NCBI GenBank assembly: GCA_963796345.1
Contig: CAWCLI010000017.1
Location: forward strand, 26,571-90,570
Origin: Nitrospirota bacterium
GTDB taxonomy: Bacteria; Nitrospirota; Thermodesulfovibrionia; Thermodesulfovibrionales; Dissulfurispiraceae
DNA length: 64,000 nt
Direction: 5' to 3'
The translations under genes were made by a program, and so were the position numbers. This document shows positions 10,051 through 19,605 of the stretch, piece by piece. The notes under the pieces were generated by a model that was not told the DNA's origin, made no database searches, and was given only the letters and a program-made list of their open reading frames with translations. The first letter of the stretch is position 1; each line of letters begins with the position of its first letter.

Positions 10051-12093
10051 TCAAACCCTTCTGAATACCGGTTCCAGAAGCCTGCCTTCGATCATTTCAT
10101 CCAGCATGCGGTATTCGATACTGTATTTTAGAATGTCCATGACCTCATCATAAACCGTCAATGTTTTTTCCATGGCCCGGTCATCATGCGGCAACGAAAT
10201 ATTATGTCCTCCTGTAAAAAGCACTCCCCTTTTCACGCACTCCTGCTGGAAAAGGGTCTTCATTTTAAGACTTTCCTTCTCCTCTCCTTTAAACCCCATG
10301 ACGGTCCTTATAGGATAGCCGTCCAATGACACTATCCCGCCGGTCCTTTTTTCGGCGATGATCCTCTCTAAACCGTTCTTGAATTTTTCGCCTTGTCTCC
10401 AGATGCCTTCGTGAACACTATGCTCTTTCATATAACGTATGGTGGCAAGGGCCGCAGCAATGGATGCCGTCTCTCCGCCGAAAGTAAAAGAGAAGAATAT
10501 CTCATCGAAAAGCTTCATAAATTCCCTTTTCCCCACAATAGCAGACATCGGCATGCCGTTGGCCATTGCTTTGCCGACGCATGCGATATCCGGCGTGACT
10601 CCAAAGTATTCCTGGGCGCCCCCCAAAGCAAACCTGAAGCCCGTCACCACTTCATCAAACACAAGCAATGCCCCGTTCTTATGGGCCAGCTGCTCTACCT
10701 TATTAAGGAAATCGCACTCGGGCGCTGCCAGGCTCACCGGTTCCATAATCACACAGGCGATTTTGTCCCTGTACCGGTCAAACAGTTTTTCCAGGCTTTC
10801 TATGTTGTTATACTGGAATGAAAGGGTAAGCTCTTTGACTGCTTCGGGAATGCCCTTGCTGCGGGTGGTTGTGGCAATATACCAGTCCTGCCAGCCGTGA
10901 TAGCCGCAGCAGGCGATGTAGTCCCTTCCGGTGTATGCCCTCGCTAATCTCACCGCCCCGGATGTGACATCCGAGCCGTTTTTCCCGAAACGCACCATTT
11001 CCGCGGAAGGTATTACCTGCGTAAGAAGTTCGGCAAGCTCATACTCAAGATAATGGGGAAGCGTAAATGCACTCCCCTTTTTTAACTGGTGTTCAATTGC
11101 TTCGAGTACCGGTCCAAAGGCATAGCCCAGGATGCAGGGTCCGAGTCCCATAGTATAATCCATATAGGTATTATCATCCACGTCGGTAAGGAAACAGCCT
11201 TTCCCCTCCTTAATGAAAAGGGGCGAGGCGCCCGCGCTGAACTGAAGGTAGGATTTACTGAAAGTCTGGGACGCATTCGGAATTATTTTCAAAACCTTCT
11301 CGAAAAGCGCCATGTTATTCTGAAACTTCAGCGGCTTACCCTTCAATTTCCTTACAAACTCCCTGTCAGCATCCATAGATTTACTGTAGCCTTCATTTAC
11401 CATAATATGCCTCACCTTTTGCAGTATCTCCGGGTTCTTATTGATCAGCTCCGCCACATCCTCATATGTGAAATCCTGTATTCCCAGGCGTTGGAGTATC
11501 GCACCTATCGTGTCGGCATCCTCCGGGTAGTCGAGACTCAGGTGGATGTGCGAGAGGTCTTCTTCTCCATAAGGCACGCCGATTACTTTGAACCTGCCGC
11601 TATTGCGGATATACGGTCCGACATGCTCCCTTTCTGACGGCATTACAGCGTTGTTATAGGCATAGAGTATCGCCTTGCCGCTGATTACTTCCACATCAAA
11701 GCCGTCGATCATTTGAGTAATCATGAAATAATCCGCATTGTGCTCCCTGAATTTTCGTATCGCAAAATTTGCCAATCGGTAATCTGTCAGGATGCAGTCA
11801 CCCGTTATACGTACAACAAAATCAAGATTATATTCTTTTACCGCCTGTGCGAACCTGTTAAGGACATCACTCAGGCTCCCCCTTACTACCTTCCATCCTT
11901 TTTTTTGAGCGCAGCCGGCAAGCGTATCGTCGTCACTGTCCTTTGAGGTAGCAAGTATCTTATAATCAGTTTCAATTCCACTGCACCTGTCGAGCACCCA
12001 TTCAATTGTAGTCTTTCCGAGAAAATCATGAAGCATTTTCCTGGGATATCTCGTTGAACTATTTCTGGCCTGAACAATAACTCCGCTCCTCAT
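10051..12093 (-). CDS. bifunctional SpsF-like cytidylyltransferase / class-III PLP aminotransferase (GSA-aminomutase-like)
   Basis: The N-domain reads VIVQARNSSTRYPRKML..F.GKTTIEWVLDRC...VVRGSLSDVLNRF...VRITGDC...EREHVGPYI. The C-domain reads ...YHGW...FDEVVTGFRFALGGAQEYFGVTPDIACVGKAMANGMP, with the PLP lysine in GKAMANG. Confidence 0.75.
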   Translation of the reverse strand: MRSGVIVQARNSSTRYPRKMLHDFLGKTTIEWVLDRCSGIETDYKILATSKDSDDDTLAGCAQKKGWKVVRGSLSDVLNRFAQAVKEYNLDFVVRITGDCILTDYRLANFAIRKFREHNADYFMITQMIDGFDVEVISGKAILYAYNNAVMPSEREHVGPYIRNSGRFKVIGVPYGEEDLSHIHLSLDYPEDADTIGAILQRLGIQDFTYEDVAELINKNPEILQKVRHIMVNEGYSKSMDADREFVRKLKGKPLKFQNNMALFEKVLKIIPNASQTFSKSYLQFSAGASPLFIKEGKGCFLTDVDDNTYMDYTMGLGPCILGYAFGPVLEAIEHQLKKGSAFTLPHYLEYELAELLTQVIPSAEMVRFGKNGSDVTSGAVRLARAYTGRDYIACCGYHGWQDWYIATTTRSKGIPEAVKELTLSFQYNNIESLEKLFDRYRDKIACVIMEPVSLAAPECDFLNKVEQLAHKNGALLVFDEVVTGFRFALGGAQEYFGVTPDIACVGKAMANGMPMSAIVGKREFMKLFDEIFFSFTFGGETASIAAALATIRYMKEHSVHEGIWRQGEKFKNGLERIIAEKRTGGIVSLDGYPIRTVMGFKGEEKESLKMKTLFQQECVKRGVLFTGGHNISLPHDDRAMEKTLTVYDEVMDILKYSIEYRMLDEMIEGRLLEPVFRRV

Positions 12094-13490
12094 ACAGCCT
12101 CCACCGAATACAGCTTTGCGTTATTCAAACGGATTTTTAATACAACAGCCCCTTTTACACCGGTACTGAGAGAATAATCAGTGGAATTAATTTTTTTGAC
12201 GTCAAACGCCGCTGCGGTCCCGGTCCCTTTCATTATTTCTACAGCAATCCCGCCCTCGCTCGCATCGAAATTCAAACAAAGCTTCCCTTTCCGCATTATA
12301 ACGGACTTTGTAACAAAATACCCTCCGGAAGAAGAGTGTGCATATGCAAACCCGTCTTTCCGCACTTCCGCAACTCCTATCCTGAATCCGTGGCGTTCGA
12401 GATCGTAGGGCATTCCCTCATGTCCCACTCCATGGCTGAAGTTCGAGCCTCCGTAATAAACGAGTATTTTATCTTTGAGGAAAACAGGGGCATTTGCAGT
12501 ATAGAGCATGTCGCTGTCCCATCCGCCCGGCGTCAATGATATAAGCGGCTCATCCGCAATTCTTTTCCAGTTTCTGCAGTCGTCGCTATGCGCGAGATAT
12601 ATCTCTACCCTTCCGTCATGCGTGCCGCGCTCCACTTCGTGGTCAATTGAAAAGATCCATAGAAACCCAAGATAGGCAGCGCCGTAATTGAAACCGCAGA
12701 GTCCATAGAAGTCGGCCCACTTAAAACCCTTCGCCGTCGCAAGCGCATCTTCTGAAGGCCCGGGCACCCATATTGTCTCAGGCTTGCTCCATATTTTAAA
12801 ATCATTGCTCTCGGAAAATCCCACGCACCGCTTAGTCCTTCCCTGATCGTCTATGATGTAGGTTTTTACAAAGGCAACAAACCTGTTCTTCACACTGTCT
12901 TTAAAGGCAGGGGCGACATCGCTGAACCAGGTCTTTTTTGTCAGTGCGTTCGGAAAGGTCATAAGCGGAATAACAGGGTTGTGCTCATATTCCCTGAAAT
13001 GGATGCCATCCCGCGAGAACGCTGTACAGAACCCGCTATCGGTGTACCCGAAAAGCTTGTAGGGACTTTTCTTGTCCCCGGCATCATGGATAACACTCGG
13101 GATGTGGTATGTCGACAAAATGTTGGTCAGGTAGCTTCCCCCGCTGTTTTGGCACGAATAGAAATCCTGTATTTTATTGTCAAGCGCAACAGTGGGATAA
13201 ATACATGGTTGTTCAAAGACAAATTTCTTTTTAAGCGGCTTCTGCCATTGAATGCCGTCCGTGGACCGGGCATAATTCACGAAAAAACCATAGCCGTCCA
13301 CATATGACTGATACCACATCCGGTATAAAGGTCCTCTTTTGAGTACAGAGCCGTAAAGGTATGTATATATGTCTTCCCATGGATATTCCGGAACAATCAC
13401 CGGTCCCGGGTGTTTCCGCGCCTCACCCTGCCTGAGTTCGACACCCTCCATGCGGTCGATAGATGATGTATCAGGTAAGAGTATCTTCAT
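12090..13490 (-). CDS. beta-propeller glycoside-hydrolase-like protein (GH32/43/130-clan-like), function unknown
   Basis: Repeated blade signatures are present: YRMWYQ, STDGIQWQKP, SRDGIHFREY, SNDFKIWSKP, SDDCRNWKRI, GGWDSDM, YYGGS and RKDGF. It overlaps both neighbours by 4 nt. Confidence 0.4.
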   Translation of the reverse strand: MKILLPDTSSIDRMEGVELRQGEARKHPGPVIVPEYPWEDIYTYLYGSVLKRGPLYRMWYQSYVDGYGFFVNYARSTDGIQWQKPLKKKFVFEQPCIYPTVALDNKIQDFYSCQNSGGSYLTNILSTYHIPSVIHDAGDKKSPYKLFGYTDSGFCTAFSRDGIHFREYEHNPVIPLMTFPNALTKKTWFSDVAPAFKDSVKNRFVAFVKTYIIDDQGRTKRCVGFSESNDFKIWSKPETIWVPGPSEDALATAKGFKWADFYGLCGFNYGAAYLGFLWIFSIDHEVERGTHDGRVEIYLAHSDDCRNWKRIADEPLISLTPGGWDSDMLYTANAPVFLKDKILVYYGGSNFSHGVGHEGMPYDLERHGFRIGVAEVRKDGFAYAHSSSGGYFVTKSVIMRKGKLCLNFDASEGGIAVEIMKGTGTAAAFDVKKINSTDYSLSTGVKGAVVLKIRLNNAKLYSVEAV

Positions 13491-14386
13491 ATATTGCCGG
13501 CGCTATGCCATTTATACGGTAAAATAATGTCCTCATCATGGACTGCCAGTCCCGATAATGATGGTTCCATAGCAGCATAGCTGCCGGTATGCGCCGCTCG
13601 AAAACATTCGTGATTGCTTATCAACTGCTTCACGCTGTCAATGCCCACCACTACGCCGTCCACCCATGGTTTTGACGCGGCAAACAATAAGGCCAGGCAT
13701 TCCGGTCTGATACCATTCGCTGATGAAAGTTCCCCTATCTCCCTGACCTTTCCCCTCACCTGTTCGAATTTGCCGCACAGCGCGGCCTCGCTGAGAAAAA
13801 AAAGACCCTGCAGGAATACAGACCTTGCGAAGAGAAGGCTTCCCCTGTTTCGGAGCTTTTGCATGACAGGGTCCCCTGAAAAACGCTGATCGAAAAGGTT
13901 GAGCGGAAATTCAATCGCCGGGCTGTCAGTGTCCGCACGGCTTATTTCGGCCACCTCTGCCGGATGATATACAGATACACCGAAGCTCCCGATGATGTTG
14001 TCCCTGACAAGAGACCTCAGCACCGGAAGAATTATGTGCCCATAATTTTTATAACTGTCAAATGAATGCAGAAGAAAGACATCGATGAACGGGACCTGCA
14101 AGGCCTTCATCGAACCATATACTTCATCTTCCACTTCCTTCGCGCTGGCATATTCCCTGCCGGCAAGTTTGTTTATTACTTTAAACACCTTTCCACGCTT
14201 CGCAAAGAACTCACCTATAATATTTTCGGCATCGCCGTAAGCCCGCGCCGTATCGATGCCCTGAATTCCCAGGCTGCAAGCGCAGTCAAGGATGGAAAAG
14301 ATTTCCTCCCGGCCCAACTTTTTATCGTTTGCAATGCCGTACCGAAGGCCAAAATTTGCGGTCCCAATGATTAATTTGGGAATCAT
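13487..14386 (-). CDS. aldo/keto reductase family oxidoreductase
   Basis: LIIGTANFG..YG........EEIFSILDCACSLGIQGIDTARAYGDAENIIGEF is the classic AKR N-terminus. The length is 299 aa. Confidence 0.85.
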   Translation of the reverse strand: MIPKLIIGTANFGLRYGIANDKKLGREEIFSILDCACSLGIQGIDTARAYGDAENIIGEFFAKRGKVFKVINKLAGREYASAKEVEDEVYGSMKALQVPFIDVFLLHSFDSYKNYGHIILPVLRSLVRDNIIGSFGVSVYHPAEVAEISRADTDSPAIEFPLNLFDQRFSGDPVMQKLRNRGSLLFARSVFLQGLFFLSEAALCGKFEQVRGKVREIGELSSANGIRPECLALLFAASKPWVDGVVVGIDSVKQLISNHECFRAAHTGSYAAMEPSLSGLAVHDEDIILPYKWHSAGNI

Positions 14387-15579
14387 GATTCATTAAACGC
14401 AGAAAGCAATCTATGACCAACCCGGTCCGTGTCCGCATCGCCCATGCCCGGATAAAGGGGGATGCTGATTTCCCTCTCATAGAAGTCCTCCGCTAATGGG
14501 CACAATCCCTGTTTGAAACCTAAAGATCGATAATAGGGCTGCAAATAGACAGGTATATAGTGGACCTGGACGCCGAGCCCTTTTTCCCTCAGCCTGGAGA
14601 AAATAACCCTCTTGTTTTCTTTGTATGCGTCCCTGAGCCGTATGGGATAAAGGTGATGCGACGACCTGGCAAAAGACCTCTGAACGGGTATATCGAAATA
14701 TTGATTGCCTTTAAATAACCCATCATACCGAGCGGCAATGACCCGTCTCCTATCAGTAAAACCGTCCAGCTTTTTCAACTGGGAGGTCCCGAGAGCAGCC
14801 TGAATTTCCGTCATCCTGTAATTGTTTCCCAGAAACTGCATCTCGTAATACCATTCTCCATGGGGTTCGTTAATAAATTTATCCTTTGTTATGCCGTGTG
14901 TCCTGAACTGTTTAAGCCGGTGACAGATTTCAGCATCATTGGTCAGCGCTGCCCCGCCCTCTCCCGTAGTGATCGGCTTCACAGGATGAAAGCTGAACAC
15001 CGTTATATCGGAATGCGCGCAGCTTCCCACCTTGATCCAGCCCTCGCCTTCGGCCTCTTGCCCTACGCCCTTCGCCCTTTGCCCTGATCTGTATTCCGCC
15101 CCTATTGCATGGCAGGCGTCCTCTATAACGACAAGACCGTGCCTTCGGGCTACAGCGTGCACGGCAGGCATATCGACCGGGTAGCCGGAGTAATGGACAG
15201 GTGCGATCGCCTTTGTTGCGGAATTTATCAGCGGCTCAAGCAGTGCAGTGTCCATGTTTCCGCTGTCACTCTCGACATCGACAAAGACGGGCTTGATGCC
15301 GAGCATGAGCGCTGCATTAGATGTGGCGGCAAAGGTAATGGGAGAAGTAATCATCTCATCAGCCTGGCCCAATCCGGCCGCAAAATACGCTGCATGCAAA
15401 GCGGCCGTACCTGATGAAAAGACAACGGCATGCGCTGCGCCGGTATATGCGGCAAGCGCTGCTTCAAAGGCCTCTGTTGCAGGGCCCTGCGTGAGATAGT
15501 CGGATTTGAGAACAGAAACTACGGCCGCTATATCATCCTCGTCAATCGACTGCCTGCTGTATGGAAAGAAATCAGTCAA
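14383..15579 (-). CDS. pseC: DegT/DnrJ/EryC1-family PLP aminotransferase, PseC-like
   Basis: FPYSRQSIDEDDIAAVVSVLKSDYLTQGPATEAFEAALAAYTGAAHAVVFSSGTAALHAAYFAAGL...FSFHPVKPITTGEGGA. The lysine lies in HPVK. Confidence 0.8.
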   Translation of the reverse strand: MTDFFPYSRQSIDEDDIAAVVSVLKSDYLTQGPATEAFEAALAAYTGAAHAVVFSSGTAALHAAYFAAGLGQADEMITSPITFAATSNAALMLGIKPVFVDVESDSGNMDTALLEPLINSATKAIAPVHYSGYPVDMPAVHAVARRHGLVVIEDACHAIGAEYRSGQRAKGVGQEAEGEGWIKVGSCAHSDITVFSFHPVKPITTGEGGAALTNDAEICHRLKQFRTHGITKDKFINEPHGEWYYEMQFLGNNYRMTEIQAALGTSQLKKLDGFTDRRRVIAARYDGLFKGNQYFDIPVQRSFARSSHHLYPIRLRDAYKENKRVIFSRLREKGLGVQVHYIPVYLQPYYRSLGFKQGLCPLAEDFYEREISIPLYPGMGDADTDRVGHRLLSAFNES

Positions 15580-15638
15580 GCCAGAACTCCTTTTCCATGA
15601 CCGATCTTACGCTATGTTTTGTCTTAATCGTCATATTT

Positions 15639-16226
15639 TTAGATCCTCGCCGCTTCCATAATCTTTTTATCCAGCTTAAGCTCTTTTATTACCTTAACGG
15701 CAGCATTCGGCACAAGGTTCTCCCATTCTTTGTCTCTTGCGATCAAACTCCTGACCTCTGAGCCGGTAGTAAATCTTTCAGACATTTTCCGTACCCAGAG
15801 GACTTCAACATCCAGCCCGAATGAACGTAACAACCTTGCCTTTTCGTGTCCCCACTCATCATAAATTGTAACAAAAACCGGGGCATTCAGAGGCATATAA
15901 TATTTCAAAAGCTTTGGGAAATGGACCGGGAACGGCACAATGTCGAATGAACCCCGCTCAATTCCAGCCTCGACCAGGGAATCTCTGATCATCAGAAAAC
16001 GCTCGAAGTAGGTAAAAAAATAGGAGGTTTCGCCGAGGTCCCTGAAAGGTTCCACAGGATCATCCTTATCCAGGTCCATAATGAAAAAAGACCTTGTAGG
16101 GTCAGGATCTGAAATTCCGATTATCAAATAATCGGCCCTTTCCTTTGCCGCGAGAAGATATTCCATGTGTCCTCTGTGTATAACCTGGAACCGTCCTTGA
16201 GCAATTCCGACAGGAACTTTCACCAT
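15639..16226 (-). CDS. HxGH-type nucleotidyltransferase (cytidylyl/adenylyltransferase superfamily, NadM/TagD-like)
   Basis: GIAQGRFQVIHRGHMEYLLAAKERADYLIIGI matches the GRFQPxHxGH signature. The ATG at 16226 is preferred over the TTG at 16241. Confidence 0.6.
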   Translation of the reverse strand: MVKVPVGIAQGRFQVIHRGHMEYLLAAKERADYLIIGISDPDPTRSFFIMDLDKDDPVEPFRDLGETSYFFTYFERFLMIRDSLVEAGIERGSFDIVPFPVHFPKLLKYYMPLNAPVFVTIYDEWGHEKARLLRSFGLDVEVLWVRKMSERFTTGSEVRSLIARDKEWENLVPNAAVKVIKELKLDKKIMEAARI

Positions 16227-16237
16227 ACCTGCCTCGA

Positions 16238-17003
16238 TCAAATCTCAAAGCTCATCAAATCTCTTCCTATGATAAGTTTGCAGGCAAATCCTGCTTTTTT
16301 TACGGCTTTGTTCAAACATTTTTTCATTCAGCTCCATATATAGGTGAGAACATATCATAACTTTAACCCCAGTCAGGACCACGAAGCCTCACGATTTCGT
16401 CATCTGAAAGATGCCCCGCATCTATAACAGCAAAATCAATGCCCTTTAAAAAATCAATAAGTTCGACGCAGAAAAGGAAGTATCCCCGGTGCAGGCATAT
16501 GATTTATTATCGAGATAAAACTTTAATCCTTTATTATGTTGATGCGGCATATCCCCAAAATACATTTCCAAATCATCAATAAAATACTTTCCCTTTTTTA
16601 TCTCATGGCTATGCATGTCGAACTTCGCATCCTTCATGTCATTTTCGCCGATTAACCCAATTATCTTTTCAATAACGTCTGCTATCCCCTCCGGTCCATA
16701 TATATTCAAATCTCTTTCTCTGGGATCAACTTTTGAGTAAACGGCTGCATGGAGGTAGGCTATCAGATCGGAATAATGGTCCGGGTGAAAATGGGAAATA
16801 ACAATATGCTCAATGTCATTCTGCTTTAAAGAAATGTCTTCAAGTCGTTGGGATATCCCTCTTCCGAAATCATATACAATTCGTGCTCCTTTAGCTTCAA
16901 TAAGCATACTGGAAGCCATCCTGTCCCGCTTTATTTGACAGGTACCTGTACCAAGAAGGAGGATTCTATTTCTCACTCTGAGCCCTCTTTTAGTCTTTTT
17001 CAA
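16238..17003 (-). pseudogene. MBL-fold metallo-hydrolase, about three frame breaks
   Basis: ORF 16446-17003 carries ISHFHPDHYSDL (HxHxDH). Shifted frames continue ...GDTSF / FCVELIDFLKGIDFAVIDAGH..., then VKVMICSHLY, then ...KKAGFACKLIIGRDLMSFEI*. One break coincides with the T7 run at 16295-16301. Confidence 0.65.
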
Positions 17004-17686
17004 ACAGACATATACACTACGCCCATTTTTTCCAGATCATCATATCTCTTTACATTCTTGTCCACGCGTATAATATCCCATGCCTCACGCATGCCGTACG
17101 ACCATCCTATGTCATCGAGGGCTACCGTAGCCGCACCGTTTAGAAAAGGCTTAATCTGCCGGAAATATCCAAGGGTGGCCTCTTTGTCATGATGCCCGTC
17201 CATCAGAACGAACTCCACATGCCTCATTCTCTTTAAGGTATCCGGGAGTACATCCTGAAACCTGCCGATTATTTGGATAATGTTGCCGCAGCCGCTTTTT
17301 TTAAAATTATCCATCGCCAATTCCGCAATCTCCCTGGCTCCCTCTATTGTGTAGATTGTCGTATCAGTGTACGCTTTTGCCATGTATATTGCAGAAAACC
17401 CGCAACATGTCCCAAGTTCCAATATCTTCTGAGGTTTATGGAACTTGACCAGTCCATAAAGAGTCTGTGCCCATTTGTCCCTCAATCCCTGCCGGCAGAG
17501 TTCACTTACAGGTCGCCTAACCAGTCTTCCCCTGTACATCTCTTCCTGGGTCAGATCAGCCTGGGGAGCAACTGCTCCATAGTCATAAAAGTTTATCTCG
17601 TCATGTCTTGACAGCCATTCCTGCCTGATGTTTTCAATTTCAAGAAAGATCTTCAAATCCGCTTCTGCAAACTGACAATCGAACAT
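17000..17686 (-). CDS. class I SAM-dependent O-methyltransferase (family-3 / Methyltransf_24-like)
   Basis: KILELGTCCGFSAIYMAKA...IYTIEG....ELA..NF...G....I..I.G.F.DVLP......FVLMDGHHDKEATL. The start was chosen at MFDCQF, which has a GGAGAG Shine-Dalgarno sequence 8 nt upstream. Confidence 0.75.
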   Translation of the reverse strand: MFDCQFAEADLKIFLEIENIRQEWLSRHDEINFYDYGAVAPQADLTQEEMYRGRLVRRPVSELCRQGLRDKWAQTLYGLVKFHKPQKILELGTCCGFSAIYMAKAYTDTTIYTIEGAREIAELAMDNFKKSGCGNIIQIIGRFQDVLPDTLKRMRHVEFVLMDGHHDKEATLGYFRQIKPFLNGAATVALDDIGWSYGMREAWDIIRVDKNVKRYDDLEKMGVVYMSV

Positions 17687-17705
17687 AAAATACTCTCCTG
17701 AAGAT

Positions 17706-19568
17706 TTAATTTTCTCCGCAATATTTCTTGAACCATCTCTGAAATACAATGAGTGACCAGACATGCTGTTTGAACCTGCCGTTCGCCCCTTCATCATAAA
17801 GAAATGTCAGGAAATCATTATTGAACCAGCCGAGTTCATTATTCATTGCGCGCCATTCCTTGAGAATGTCATCGCCGTAGTATTCGTAAAACCATTCAAG
17901 ATGCGGGCTCGAAAACCCCTTCTTCCTCCTGTGGACAATCTCACCCGGAATATATTTCTCTGCTATCGGCTTCAGGAGGGATTTTGTCTGCTCGCCTCGC
18001 CTTAGAGTCCCGTCCAGGCTGAAAGCCAGCTCCACGAGACGATGGTCCAGAAACGGGGCCCTGCTCTCTATGGAATGTGCCATGGTCATACGGTCTATCT
18101 TTGCCATCAGCACTTCAGGAATCCACACCTTGAAATCTATATACGACATCCAATGATCAACACCTCGCAGACCGGATTGTCTGAATGCATTCCAGTGTCC
18201 CTTGATGTACTCATGGGAGAGGTCATCATCAATTGAAGGGAACTCTTCTCTTCTGAGCAGCAGACGCTTCTGAGCATCAGTATAGTTCTCTCCAACCGTT
18301 CTGTAAAGTGTACTGTCGGTAAAGCTCCTCCTGAAATATTCCCATCGCTTCGAAAGATTGAAATTATCCATGAAGTACGAAAGCAGCAGTTTCTTCTGAT
18401 CACTGCCGGTCGTATCCTGCAATCTGTAATAATTGAGCATCTCGAAATAGAAATCATAGCCGAGAAACGTTTCGTCGCTGCCCTCTCCTGAGAGAATTAC
18501 CTTTACTCCGCTCTTTTTCACCATGTCAGCCAAAAGATACGTCGGGATACAAGCAGAATCGTTGACCGGCTCATCCAGGTGATATATTATCGCATCAAAG
18601 GCGTTGACAAACGTCTCCTTTGTTACCGCCATGGCATGGTGTATTGAATGTATTGAGTCAGCAGCGAGTTGAGCATATGCCAGTTCATCATACTGCTTAT
18701 GGTCTGAGTAGCCGATGGAAAACGTATGTATGGGCCCGCAGTTTTCAGCGCTATAGAGAGCGCTGATGAGCGAGGAATCGATACCCCCCGACAGCAGGCT
18801 TCCCACCGGCACATCGGCAATCAATCGCGACCGCACACAGTCCAGCAAAAGGTGCTCGACGGCATCGCGTGCCTGTGCTTCCGTACCGATGCCGCACGGC
18901 GTTACGCGATCCAGGATGTCATAGTACTGGGTTACCCGTACTCCCCCCCCCTCAAACCGGATAAAATGCCCCGCAGGAAGCTTGTGGATGCCTTCATATA
19001 TGGTACCAGGCGGCAGGCTCGCCAGAAAGCTCAGGTATTGAAGGAATGCCGTCTTATCGATCCGGGGCTTTTCATCAAGCATCATCAGAAGCGACTTTAT
19101 CTCTGAGGAGAACATGAATGTCCCTTTCCGGAACGTATAATAAAGGGGCTTCTTCCCGAACCTGTCCCTGGCGAGGAATAGAGTCTTTCGCGGCGCATCC
19201 CATACTGCAAAAGCGAACATTCCGTTGATCTTTTCCGGAAGGGTTAATCCGTAACGCTTGTATGCATAAAGCATAACTTCCGTATCGCAAGTACTGTTGA
19301 ACGTAAACTCGTCTTCGAGTTCCCTTTTCAGATATTTGAAGTTATAGATTTCTCCGTTGAACGTTATCCACACCTTGGCTTCGCTGTCCGACATCGGCTG
19401 GTTGCCCTTTGGCGAGAGATCGAGAATAGACAGTCTCGTGTGCCCGAGAAATATTTCCTCATCGCTGAAGTAGCCGGCGTTATCCGGACCTCTGTGGTCC
19501 AGTAAGCGCAATGCCCTTATTGCCTTATCCCTGTCGTGACTGCCCGCTATGCCGAATATCCCGCACAT
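17706..19568 (-). CDS. asparagine synthase (glutamine-hydrolysing) family amidotransferase, intact copy (PseA-like candidate)
   Basis: The N-terminal nucleophile MCGIFGIAG is followed by HRGPDN. The PP-loop reads SLLSGGIDSSLI. The length is 620 aa. Confidence 0.9.
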   Translation of the reverse strand: MCGIFGIAGSHDRDKAIRALRLLDHRGPDNAGYFSDEEIFLGHTRLSILDLSPKGNQPMSDSEAKVWITFNGEIYNFKYLKRELEDEFTFNSTCDTEVMLYAYKRYGLTLPEKINGMFAFAVWDAPRKTLFLARDRFGKKPLYYTFRKGTFMFSSEIKSLLMMLDEKPRIDKTAFLQYLSFLASLPPGTIYEGIHKLPAGHFIRFEGGGVRVTQYYDILDRVTPCGIGTEAQARDAVEHLLLDCVRSRLIADVPVGSLLSGGIDSSLISALYSAENCGPIHTFSIGYSDHKQYDELAYAQLAADSIHSIHHAMAVTKETFVNAFDAIIYHLDEPVNDSACIPTYLLADMVKKSGVKVILSGEGSDETFLGYDFYFEMLNYYRLQDTTGSDQKKLLLSYFMDNFNLSKRWEYFRRSFTDSTLYRTVGENYTDAQKRLLLRREEFPSIDDDLSHEYIKGHWNAFRQSGLRGVDHWMSYIDFKVWIPEVLMAKIDRMTMAHSIESRAPFLDHRLVELAFSLDGTLRRGEQTKSLLKPIAEKYIPGEIVHRRKKGFSSPHLEWFYEYYGDDILKEWRAMNNELGWFNNDFLTFLYDEGANGRFKQHVWSLIVFQRWFKKYCGEN

Positions 19569-19605
19569 GTCCTGTATCGAATCCTAAATACTTCTTCCCG
19601 GTTTC

